A DNA stretch of 64,000 nt from Takakia lepidozioides (GCA_030704615.1 CM060734.1:62992001-63056000), one strand, 5' to 3'; shown: positions 37,012-48,083, numbered from the stretch's first letter. A program made the numbers and translations. Notes: generated by a model from the letters alone, not told the origin.

Positions 37012-39431
37012 TTGTGGCAGATTACTTTATTGTCCATATATGTGGACAACGATGTAGTTGTGTAGCGATACGTATGTGCACGACACCACGAAAAGGCAAT
37101 CTGGATCTGCAGACGCCTCTGCCCCATCCTCCTCTCGGCAGCAGAAATCAGATCGCTCGCCCATGTTGGTATCAAACCGCTCGTCGCCGGGAGCAGGGAG
37201 CTCGCACAGGGGTCAGCATGCCAGGGATCCAGCAGCGCCTGGCGTAGATGTGGTGCTCACTGCAGAGAGATGGCAGAGAGTTCTAAAGACGTTGAGAGAC
37301 AACACCCTGATCCACACCTACAGCTCCATTTCCCATCTTCTCCGAAAAGGCCACCCTCCACGTGTTACCCTTTGCAGGATGAGGACGCTACCTGCTGTTC
37401 GGCGAGCTGAAAGGCCCAGGGTAGAGAAGCTGAAGCTTTTTTTTGAGGGAGATGGGTACAACGACGCCCTTGCGTCCTTTCTACTTGCAACAAACAACAC
37501 TGCAGGAGTGGCTTCCTCCATCACGGCCGAGGATAGAGCGAGCTGGGGCATGCATTGGCAGGAGGAGGACCACTGCTTTGAGGAGGCCATCAAGGGCACC
37601 ACCTAGGAGTTCTTGAGCAACCAATGGTTGTATATCTATGACGGCAACCACCGCTACTTGGCGTGGATGGATGTGATAATAGAGCAGCATGCTGACGACC
37701 CCGAATGGCACTATGCAGTCAATGTGAAGATTATGGATATGAAGCAAGAGGACATCGCTTTGGTCAGAAGGGCCATGAATCGCATGAACGTGTAAGACTG
37801 CTCACGTTTCTTCATAGTCTGCTCATATGAGCATTGTTTCTATCGTCAGTCCTGTAATGTTCTACTCACATTCGCAAACATTTCTCGGCGATTACACCGA
37901 CTGCAGGATACGGGGAGTCGGTGCCGATTTCCCATGCGAAGTGACAATGCTGAGGAGTCTGTGCCGACTTCTGCAGTTGCTTTCTGTAACATGTTGTGTT
38001 TGATGCAATGCAATTTCATTCTGTTTCATGGTGAGCTTCTCTGCTCAGGTAGTCCGTGCTGACTACCCAATATGTGGTCTGGCATGAGAGTGAGTAGTCT
38101 GTGCCGACTACCCAGTCAGAGCTATGCAATGGCAGTGAGTAGTCTGGACCGACTTCCCAGGTCTTGCTCTGGTTCTGCATGTAATGGTGTTTTCTCACTT
38201 TCAAGGACTGCCATAGTATGGGAAGTCTGCAACGACTACCCATTCCTCAACCCTGTTCTCCCTGTGTAGCATACTCTAGTGTTGTTATGCAAGGTGACAG
38301 AAGAGGGCAATGTCAAGTCCGACCTGGCACACAAGCTTTACTATTTCCAGCTATGCGCAACAACTCCAATCGAGCAGTACAAGAATCCACTGTCTGATGA
38401 GGTGTACCTCAAGTGCCTCAACAAACGAGACACGAATTGGATGACATTGACACGGGAGGGCCTTGTCGAGTTCATGGCACAAGAGTCATTCCGGGAGATA
38501 ACGGATGATACACTGGCAGAGTATTCCCACCTTTCCAACACCTCGGAGAATGCAAAGATTGTGGAATCAGCTCTTGATGCAAATTTGGCAGTGTGTAAAA
38601 CTAAATGGCACTCAAAGATTGCCAAGTACAGTTCTATCTGTGAACCAGCCCTTGGCGACGGGTTCCTTTTTGAGATAACAACATACTACAACAAGTTGCG
38701 CGCCCTGGATAGAGCGAAATGACTCTTGAGAAACTTCTAATGGTTGCCACCAGCCTCGTTTCTGCGGAGGCAAAGATTGGGTGGTTGAAACTATGGAATT
38801 TGCCGCCGGCCAACAGGAGAATCTTCCCGGTGTCACCAACGGACCCGCTTGTTACTTTTTAGAGATCATAATTCCAAAAGAGCTACAGGGAATGGCCCGC
38901 ACAGACATGTTGGCCATTCTACTCCAATATCAAGCCCGTCCAATGACAATACTTCCGAGTGGGCAAGGAGAGACTAGAGACTACTGCAGAGACTAGAGAG
39001 AGAGAGAGAGGGGAGAGAAGAAAGAAAACTTGATAATTCATCAAGTCCACGACTATTGGTGGGGGGGCACGAGAACTCTTAGGTCACGAGACAGAAACAT
39101 GAAAAAATTTCCATCCACAAGAGGTTCAGAGAGAGGGAGAATGACAGATCAGCTTACCACAACAAATGTCTTAGTTTTGGGGAGGGCAAGGCTGCCAAAA
39201 GCATCAAACATGGATACTAATTCCCCTTCTTGTAAACGGTAAGTTTTTTCCTAACATCACACAATTACTCTTCACTGTTTTTGTTTGTTAGATGTCACCT
39301 CCTCCAAGACATCCACATTTATGCCCTCATTCCTAAGCACACACTTCGTCCTTGCAATAACATTAGTCTCGCCTAATGCCATTCACACAACCAAGTCCTC
39401 TGCCTTCCGGTCCAAAAACTCACTCTTGGAC

Positions 39432-39951
39432 CAGTGTTGTACTGGTATCAGTTTTAGGACATACCAGACTGGTCCTGGTACTAGACGTATTGCAAAACTT
39501 TCATACCAGTCTGGTCTATAGAATAATAGATGTATTTTTTTTTTTTTTAATTTTCCAGATATTGGTATGAGTATGAGTATCATGACCACAATACCAGCTG
39601 GTATCAGATATCAATTCTGGTATCATTCCACAGCCATCATTGAATAACAAGTTTATCAACTAGCAAGTATCAAGTGAAAAAATATACAAAACAATAAAGA
39701 AATAAATATACATAAGTACAAATATGTAGGCATATGTACACATAAAGTAGTATAATACATGTACCAGAGTAAATGAGGAAGATGCCGGGGGAGAACTGGT
39801 ATTGTGGTTGGTATGAAAAAACTGATACCAGCCTGGTCCTGGTATATGACCAAGTATTCTCCCAAATGATACCAGACTGGTTTGGTTTCTAATACCAGTG
39901 CATATATATGTGCACATACCAGGCAATACCCTATATATCGGTACAACACTG
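39432..39951. mobile_element. hAT-type MITE
   Basis: TIR CAGTGTTGTAC / GTACAACACTG, 8-bp TSD TCTTGGAC (39424-39431 and 39952-39959), and internal ATACCAG repeats. Confidence 0.92.
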
Positions 39952-40079
39952 TCTTGGACATGCCATATTGCCTTGTCACATTATTTGCCAAAACAAATTC
40001 AAGGTCCATGTCGGAAATTGAGGAGCAATAGCTGTGTAGTGCTGCCTTAGCCACCATTGGCTTCCTTAAAAAAACTTTC

Positions 40080-40955
40080 ATGTCTCAATGTTTCAATAAT
40101 CCCCGCCCCATCCTGTCACTCAATATCACCCATGTTGGAGCACCTCCAATTCATCTAGGCCCTACCTCTTTAAAATACCCCTCAGCACATGCACACTACA
40201 CAGATGGCTCCCAAGCTGGTTCCTGCGCCGGATATGAAGTCTACCACGCGGCCACTAACACTGGTACAGCCCATCGACTTCCGGGCCCCGCAACCATACT
40301 ACGTGCCGAACTTATGGCCATCTACGAAGCCCTCTCCCAGCTACACGCATTCCCCTCACCATACTACATTTTTACAGACAGCTCAACTTCGCTCTTTCTC
40401 CTCTGAAACTACATAGCCAGCCCATCCTCCCACCATCACCACCCAGATCGTAATCTTATCTCAGCAATCATCACTTTAGCCATCTCAATCAACCAACCCA
40501 TTCAATTTCTTAAAGTACGCTCACATACCGGAATCAACGGGAACGAGGAGGCTGACCTCCTTGCCCGACTAGGGGCCTCCAAACCCCCAGTAGAACCCCC
40601 CACAGACCCCATCCACACTGCACATACGCACCTTTTTTGGCTAATACATCCAATTCCAAGCCCCCCCCGAACCTAAACCTATTCGTAACCTCCGCTCTAC
40701 TCTCTCTAAAGAAGCCAACAAACAAGTCGCTACATCTCTCAGTCACACCAAACAACATATCCAAAAATGGACACACTCCACAATACTCCATCATAAACTG
40801 TCCAACCACTTCTGGCACTCTAAAGCTGCTTCGGACGCACAAATCAAACCACTTAAGTTTAGATTCGCCGAGTATATGGGGCACCAGCGTAAGCATACCT
40901 TCTGGCCAATCATTTTACATCCCCACACTGCCCCCTCTGCTCCCATATACATGCA
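40080..40955 (+). mobile_element. Non-LTR retrotransposon RNase H and zinc-knuckle fragment (Dualen-like)
   Basis: 'YTDGS', 'TILRAELMAI', 'IFTDS', 'KVRSHTGI', 'NEEAD', then 'HCPLC'. Confidence 0.8.
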
Positions 40956-41090
40956 GCAACGTAGCTACGGCGTGAGCCCAGCCCCGTGAGTCTGGGAGCT
41001 GAGCTCACGCTTCAGGGAAGCGCAAATGTGCTGGAGAAGCAGGCCCTATAGGTGAGGATTGCAGGAAGAGGGCCTATTACCGTGGACAAA
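40956..41090 (+). mobile_element. MULE terminal sequence
   Basis: GTGAGC repeats and 'gagggcctattaccgtgg', matching the end at 43864. Flanked by ATACATGCA. Confidence 0.6.
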
Positions 41091-42269
41091 ACAAAGGGGC
41101 CACCATGCACCATGTCTGCAATGTCTACACAAAAAGAGGAATTTGAACATATGGCAAATTTGAGCTCAGAATGATTGTCACCATGAATTTGGTTTGCAAG
41201 TCAGTCTCAAATATCTGAGTTGGCCCTTTGTTTGGGACCCTACTGGGTACTCATAAATGAGCTTAAATTACACTGAATTTTCTTTGTCCCCCTATCAAGG
41301 TCTATTTATTCATGGGTTTTGGTGCACAAGCTTTGTTGGTTTTCTGCAGTATTCTATCTTGTTTGTATCAAATACGGAGCAATGGAGGACCTGGACAAAT
41401 CCATATTCCAAGGGCGATTGCTTCATATTCTGCATGCTAAGAGACCCTCTCCTGGCCCCGAGCCAAAAGAGTATGCTTGGCCCTCTCCTGCCTCCTCTTG
41501 TCTTTGGGGTTTTTATGTACTGGTGTACCACCTGTCCCTCGATTCTTATAAGCTGCTGGTATGAATTTAGAGAGTTTGTGCATGCTGAGCTTCTCTGCAA
41601 CTATCATTGACCGTGGAATGGGTTGTGCTCACAGTGGTATTATAACTCATAATGCAATGTAGGGCTGCTGGGAGGGGCCCGGGGTCAACGAAGTACAAGC
41701 AAGACAGAGAGTTATTTCAGAGCCTGCTTATACTAATATACAATCAGTGGTAACTTTCTGGTTGGGAAGTGTTTCTGTCTTCCTGACTTCTTATTACTAT
41801 TTTGGTTTACTTATTTCAACCTTTTTAGCACCAACAAATTCGTTCAAGCGATTTATGGCAATCCTCCTTTTAGCTTATGGAAGTAATTTTGTAGGATACT
41901 TGGCCAAAGTGTGACCTGTTAGACCATAAGTCACTCCTGCGACGAAGCAACTGTTGCTCACCCAACACGGAAGAAATTTATTTTATTTTATTTTGAGGTG
42001 AACGGTAATTGATAATTGCATGCGGGCGAAATTCCCGCCAATGGCTGAGATGTTCAGTCGACTCTCTTTCCTTTGTAAGAGGTCTGGCAAAGTCTGAGTT
42101 GGAAGTGAGCAAAAAAGGAGGAGGAAAGAGGCCCTGGTGAACCATCATAAATGAACAAGGGTAAGCTTTGCTGTCCAATTGTATCAAGTACTGGTCACAC
42201 TGGGCCGAGGGGCGAGGGGTACTCAAAGAAGTCAGCGGAGGGTAGTTCGGAACATAAAGCCTTGGAACC

Positions 42270-42590
42270 CTCTTTTCATGCGCCCATACACGGTGTGCAT
42301 GGCCTAGTGCTCTTGTTGGGTGTTTGCACTTGCCCTGCTCGGCTTTGCTCGGACATACTTATAGTTAGCGGTCTGCCCCCAAACGCCACTCCCCCCACCG
42401 CTCCATCACGCAGTCTTATCATTCACTCTGTAGAATTTCTGTATTGTCATGACAGATACCCGGGCACAACCATCCTAAGTAAACGCAAAAAATATGCCTC
42501 CCTCATCCTTGCAATTAGACAACACGGTTAGCGTATTGGCCCCTTAACAGTCATCACAGCAGGCACCCCAGGTGACATTCACTAAATGCT
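42270..42590 (+). mobile_element. Restriction-like endonuclease fragment of a non-LTR element
   Basis: 'CTCPARLCSDILIV...IHSVEFLYCHD...KRKKYASL', a paralog of 43266-43863. Confidence 0.7.
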
Positions 42591-42856
42591 CTACATAACA
42601 ACTTTAAAGGACATCATCCCGATATTGGTCTTTCTTGCACTTTGGGCACTTGGTGAGATGCGAATCCTCTCCGTAGTATAGGGTTATCCACCACTTTTTC
42701 CGCAGTATCCATAACAACTTTAAAGTCCCTACTACAACTGTCCACCACTGTTTTCGCAGTATCCATCTTACCGCCATTCGGTCCCTCTGCAAACTAGAAC
42801 AAACTCACGCATAAGGTTTTAGTTTCAGGTGCTACGGCACCTCTGTTCTTATACGG

Positions 42857-42985
42857 GAGAGAGAGAGAAGACTCCGGCAGAGGCCGGCGTAACTAAGAGC
42901 CACTTCGCCTTGCGGCTATGCCCCTTTAGCCGCAAGGTGAAATGGCTTTTAGTTACGCCGGCTTTGGCCGGAGTCTTCTCTCTCC
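42857..42985. repeat. Long inverted repeat with ~57-bp arms
   Basis: gagagaagactccggc...ccttgcggcta / tagccgcaagg...gccggagtcttctctc. A partial third arm lies at ~43098-43144. Confidence 0.9.
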
Positions 42986-43265
42986 TAGGCGTCTACAAAG
43001 ATCTTCTGTAGTTTTAATTTAGGAATGTTGGATTTGTTCTCATGCGTCTTAAGATTATACTTGTTTTCAGTTAATTTGGGTCATGATTATTGAAACAGAG
43101 AGAAGACTCCGGCCGAGGCCGGAGCCACTTCGCCTTGCGGCTACTTCCCCCTTTCGAGGGTGACCCTATATAAATTTGACAGGTGTCTAGGGGACACCGA
43201 GTAACCGGGGGTATGAGGTACCTCTGGGTACCTAGGGGTACCTCATATGGGGTAGATTCGAGTTT

Positions 43266-43863
43266 TTACTTATTGGTTATGATGGCTGTGAGAGAGCGAA
43301 GTGCCGTAAGGTGGATGGAGGTGGTGGGGATTTTAAAATTGTCTTGAAGTGTTGACATATTGTCGTTGTGTGTGCCCCATCTGGTGCCTGCGGAGATGAC
43401 GGAGAGTGGGCCCGTGGCCCACCCTCGTCGGCGAATAGCAAGGATAAGTGGAGCATATTTCTGGCGCTTTTCGAGGATGGAGGTGTGTGGGAAGCAGTCG
43501 TGGCAGTACATAAATTCGATGAAGTGTATGATTAGTGGTGGGGTAGGAGTAGAGGGTGGAAGGGCGTTGGTAGGAAGTCCCTGAACTAAGAGGATGTCCG
43601 GGCAGAGCCTAGTGGGACATGTGCATGTAGCATGGGGTTGGCAAATACATGGTAATAGCCAAGATGGTACTTTATGGTCTAGGGGTCTATCTTGGTAAGT
43701 GCCAGCATTGATGAGTAAGAACCATCTGGTTTCTTTATGTCGTTGTAATAGTTTGTGGATGTGCCATACAACTTTGATTGTGCTTGGCGACACGAAGGCC
43801 ATGCAAGACTAGGTGGGAGCATTTACTGAGGATATGTGGCCAAGTGTCAGGTATTGCATGTAT
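43266..43863 (-). mobile_element. C-terminal CCHC and RLE endonuclease of a non-LTR element (Dualen-like)
   Basis: 'PDTWPHILSKC...RVAKHN' then 'RLCPDILLV...IHFIEFMYCHD...KRQKY'. Confidence 0.78.
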
Positions 43864-44211
43864 CAGGGGTGCTATTCTGTGAGCCTGGAGGCGTGAGCCT
43901 GTGAGCCTAGGAGCCCAGCACAGGCTCACGCCATGTCAGCATGCCGGAGCGAACATGCAGAGCCTATTACTGTGGGTTGATCAGCCCTTTCCAGGCAATG
44001 CAGACTGGATGTGTTACATCCATTGTCTTGTCCGGATTTTGTAACGATGCATGAGGGTGCTCTTGGCATGAGAGGGAAGTGGGTCCCCTGCAAGCATCAA
44101 TATTACATATACCTTATAATTATGTGCTGCGACGGTAAGAGAGACCAATTCATTCACCAAGCCACACTAGGCTATGGAGAAGTCATCATTCTTCTACAGT
44201 GGGACACCTAG
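43864..44211 (+). mobile_element. MULE end with SWIM zinc-finger remnant
   Basis: TIR-like CAGGGGTGCTATTCTG-TGAGCC, then 'SCPDFVTM...VPCKHQYYIY'. Confidence 0.65.
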
Positions 44212-44379
44212 CGTGGGGCTCCGCCAGATTCTCTTTGAACACAAACGAGCCATGCCCATTTCCCGTGCTGGTTTCCAGCTTATCGTGTGAAATCTTTGCA
44301 TGTAGGACAAACACATACATTTCGTTCACGGAACCAGGGCAATTGCACATGCCATTCATTGTAGGCGTCTTTATGTGAA

Positions 44380-45280
44380 TTGAAATATTCAAGTAATTGG
44401 GGACAATTTTTTATGTCATCGAAAGCCTTGGCACCCTTGCTCATTTCATCCTGATCTATTCCTGCCCCTTTCTTTGCTTTCACCAAGGTAGATGGCTCTT
44501 TGTTAGTCACAACTTGGGTTTGTCAAATGCAGAGCTTTCGTGGGAGTGCCGACTCCAAGGCCTTGGAGATTGGGGTCTCCAATGGCATGTGCCAGCTGTA
44601 CATGTACCAAGGATGGTAAAAACTCAAATTATCTGAAATTCTAGAATTGTGTTCCGCACATCATCCTAGACAAAGTTGTGGCACCACTCAGCAAAATACT
44701 AGAAGTTGTCCCACTGGGCTTGAGAACCAACAAGAGAGCTTATTGCAGTCTCTAGTTTGTTAACAAACTTACCTCACAGGACAGACGACTGGCGTCAAAG
44801 AAAGAGCGCTGAAAGTATTTGACAGCATCCCGGGCATCCTCTGTTCGGAATCCCACAAATCCAAACTGCCGAGTCCTCCCATCTGCATGTCCCAGAGACA
44901 ATCCCGATCCGTAGTCAAACCCCAACTGAATATGCCAACAGTACCAGCTATTACAAAGTAGTTGGTGTAGTGAGAAAGGTTGGTTCTCTTGTTTGAAGAA
45001 AAGAGGAGAAGGTGAGATGATCCGTTCTCTGTATGCTTTGCCATTGCTAGACATAATTAGCCTTGTGGCACACAAGCCCCTCGGAATACTCACATTCATC
45101 AATAAACTGTGAATTCAAAACCCACGACCATAAATATGTTGAAATAATAATGACCAGGGGCAATAGAGAGTATGCCTGGTGCGGATAATTTTAGCATCTG
45201 CAACCTCGCCCTTCGCTGCAAAATGCTCGCGAAGCTTCTCATCACCTAGGCAAATTCTTCACGCAAATTCGAGACGACCT
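44380..45280 (-). pseudogene. RBM19: 5' fragment of an RBM19/MRD1-like multi-RRM gene with frameshifts and introns
   Basis: Exons read 'SRICVKNLP', 'LREHFAAKGEVADAKIIRT', 'DGRTRQFGFVGFRTE...SFFDASRLSCE' and 'IGDPNL/RPWSRHS'. Frame breaks are present and no downstream RRMs are seen. Confidence 0.75.
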
Positions 45281-45697
45281 GCATAGATTACAACGCTCAG
45301 ATCTTGGGCAGTTAACTCATTCCCTCACCATGTGCCTCAGAACAATTTAGGACACGAATTCCTTTCTACTATTCCTGAACCCTAGCCCTAATCCTTTGAG
45401 CCCTGAACTTCTAGCTTGTAAGCGATAATAGAGAAAGAGATAAGATATTATTTTAAGCACACTGCTTCTTCATGACAAGTGGCACAGCGATGGCCCGCTC
45501 ACTTCCACCCATCCTAGATCATACAACACAACCGGCTCCATCGTCCTACTTATATGGATCAGGACTTCCACTTTCCAAGAGCTTCTGACAGACACTTAGG
45601 CATTTGGTAAGAGCCGCCCCATGTTGGTTTCTCCTTTCAGCGATTGGGAGCTCTTTTGTTGGCTTGCAATGGTTGCAGCTTCGAGTTTTGCGGAGAA

Positions 45698-46330
45698 TCA
45701 GGTGATGGGGCATTGCAGGAGGTTGTCAGCGGATTGACAGGCCTCTTTGAGTTTGAGCTGAAAGGCTGGGATCTGCAGCGGAGTTGAGTTGAGTTGAGTT
45801 TGTATATGCTTCTGCCTATGCAGGTGGGGGAGGTTTAGAGAAGCCGAAATACTAGCATGGTCAAATTCCTGATAAATAGGGGCTTGTGGGGATAACGATG
45901 TCCATCTGACCAGGTTTGCAGATGTGTAAATACTCAAGCCTGGCCCTATTGGTCCTGCTCTGTTGTTGGTCCAGGTAGAGAATGGCTGAGTGGAGGCTGG
46001 ATTGTTAGGGGGTCGACGAGGTTCGGGAAGGGAAAAGTTGATGCATAGTCTCAGCCAAGAGTGTTCATCTTGGGGGCTTGTGGTCTGACTACCTTGCCCC
46101 AATCTACCTGCAGATTCATTGACCATATTGAAATCACCTGCGATAATCCAGCTCAAGATGTTTGTTTGAGCTTCCATTTGTGAGTGTAACGCGGACCAGA
46201 AGGCCTCTCTGCCCGCAGCTGAGTTGGGAGCATACCCATCAATGAGTCCAAGCTGGTTTTCATTGTCTGGTAGCTGAAGTGAAATAAAAAATGTACCCTG
46301 GCTTGGAGCCAGACGTTCTCCATCAATACT
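45698..46330 (-). mobile_element. LINE apurinic endonuclease fragment
   Basis: 'GYAPNS...FWSAL', 'WIIAGDFNMV', 'TWTN' and 'DHASI'. Confidence 0.8.
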
Positions 46331-46421
46331 AGGTTGGCCAAGGAAGGATGGAATTGGCTCGCCCTCTGCCTCGTGGTTGTGTCTTGTGACCCAAGCCTGT
46401 CTCTCACGCTGTCTTTGATCA

Positions 46422-48083
46422 ATGGCTGCATTCCAAGTATTATCCAGAGTATCCGGAGTATGCCCCTCGCTCTCGAATTGCTCCAGATCCATCGTCCTAC
46501 ATCGCCTCCTTCATGTAAGTAGATGTGCAGACTCTGGGGAATTTTACAACAACGGCTCGGTACAATCGTCTACACCCAGAGTCAAGGCCCGGACAGAATT
46601 AGGACTAGGAGATTATACGGAAGAAGAGGACCCCGAAGAGAGAGGGGAGGTCAATGGAAGAGTTGCACTTAACAGTTTGGATGACCAACTGCGAACGCTC
46701 TCCAGCTTGGACGTGGCGCCTCCACGAAAGCAGACGACACCATCACCTGGTAGGTCCATTTCAATCTGTACCAAGATTGGTATGATGCATCCATTCTTGA
46801 CTATGGCAGTTTGTGCTTAGGGTCCAGATTAATGGGCAGCTGATCTTTCCAGAGGGAGTTTCTCAAAATCTTGCTTAAAAGAGCTGGGTACTTGAGCTTT
46901 CTCGGTAAGCGCATTAGCTAAAATCATTTTTCTCTCCGTTTCCCCTACGTTTCACTGGATCTTTTGGGGTTGATTTTTCCTATTGACAAACTGAGCACCC
47001 CCATTGCCAAGGGGATCATGCCAGTACTCTTTGGTCTCAATTCCTGCATACTGTTGTTGGTGATGTCCTATCCAGTGATGGTAATTGAGCCCGGTTTGCC
47101 CGAAAGGCAGGGCATGGATAGTCCATTTCATGTGCTCATCAGTGCATGGCATGAAGATGTTGAGTGCCACACCAGTTTCAACCAGGCTTTTTGACCATCC
47201 TTTTCCGAGGAGGATAGATGGTGTGATTTAGAGGAGGTCTAATGAGAATTTACTCTTTTATTTCCTCATAGTATTTGGGATTTGAGGATCAGTCATCCAA
47301 GGTCCTCTCTTCTCAAAAATTCATAGGTCCCTTATCCGTGTATGGATGGCTATCACTAGACCATCGACCAGCTCCTGGGTAGGATATTGTGATTCTATGA
47401 CATATTCAACGTTGAAAATTCTAGGATGATGGATAGCCCACTTGTGTCTGTTTGATTTGTCTTCCTAGATTCCATGTTTGTAGCTTGACTGTGCTCATTG
47501 CATATTGTCGTACTAACATCATATACATTGCTTTCAATCAATGAGTTCCCACTGTCTGGATCTGATCTCCAGACATTTGGGACTTTCTAAATTTGGGATA
47601 GATGATGATGGATTTGTATCTGATGCAAAATATCATGAAAGGGACAACTTTGCAAGCAGGTTGACCCAGACATCTCTAAGGGACCCTTACAACCCCCAGG
47701 GACGGGTAATTCTTATCAAGCCAAAATTTTCTTCGCTCAGCGTTTGTCAGAGGTTTTATGCATCAAAAGAAAAAGGTAGATTGGGCAATAAGCTCTTGCA
47801 TAACATATAATTTCCGGTGACTTTAACACAGATTCATTATTTCGCAGGACCACAAGAGAGCGGTGACGTGCTGGCATGGCCTGTATTCTCAGAAGGGTTT
47901 CTTGTATATGTTGGGGTCAGCTTGCTTGTGCTCACTGTGGTAAATAACATTCTTTTCCGCATCTTCTTGGGTCCGCCTGTCAAGCCAGAGAAAAAGGCCC
48001 CTGCAATCCCAGAGGTGAGATACAGGTTGCGGAGTCAGAATGAGATTACCAGCTTGGCACCACCACTGGTGAATAAACCTTAA
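46422..48083 (+). CDS. Two-exon gene for a 187-aa protein with a transit-peptide-like N-terminus and one transmembrane helix
   Basis: Exons 46422-46749 and 47848-48083 join in phase across GT..AG (564 nt). S/R-rich N-terminus and hydrophobic 'FLVYVGVSLLVLTVVNNILF'. Confidence 0.7.

Larger units (their letters stand above)
27586..37085 (+). mobile_element. Ty3/Gypsy retrotransposon encoding a C5 DNA methyltransferase and a PHD finger
   Basis: TGTC...GACA ends, 4-bp TSD CCAC (27582-27585 and 37086-37089), and domain order gag-PR-DNMT-RT-RH-IN-PHD. Confidence 0.92.
21255..38245. repeat. About 30 dispersed copies of the 16-bp palindrome AAGTC-N6-GACTT
   Basis: Clusters at 21255-21595, 23185-23730, 25170-25365, 26400-27075 and 37915-38245, e.g. 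aagtcggcacagactt and aagtctgtgccgactt. None seen inside 27586-37085. Confidence 0.9.
20905..38720. mobile_element. Large Mutator-like element with two divergent genes; right end lost; interrupted by the DNMT-Gypsy
   Basis: The left end GGGTCTATACTTTCTA-TGAGCA cuts the Gypsy gag and has TGAGC at the same 16-nt offset as other MULE ends here. The same palindromic motif occurs on both sides of the 27586-37085 insertion. Confidence 0.7.
27434..38722 (+). pseudogene. Second MULE gene with a ParB/Sulfiredoxin-like DGNHR motif, split by the retrotransposon
   Basis: ATG 27434 ..GNT|T joins in frame to TKRQSG.. at 37090 once the insertion and one TSD are removed. The frame continues through one TAG (37604) to 'WLYIYDGNHRYLAWMDVI'. 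GTAAG donor at 37792; a further exon at ~38293-38722. Confidence 0.7.
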
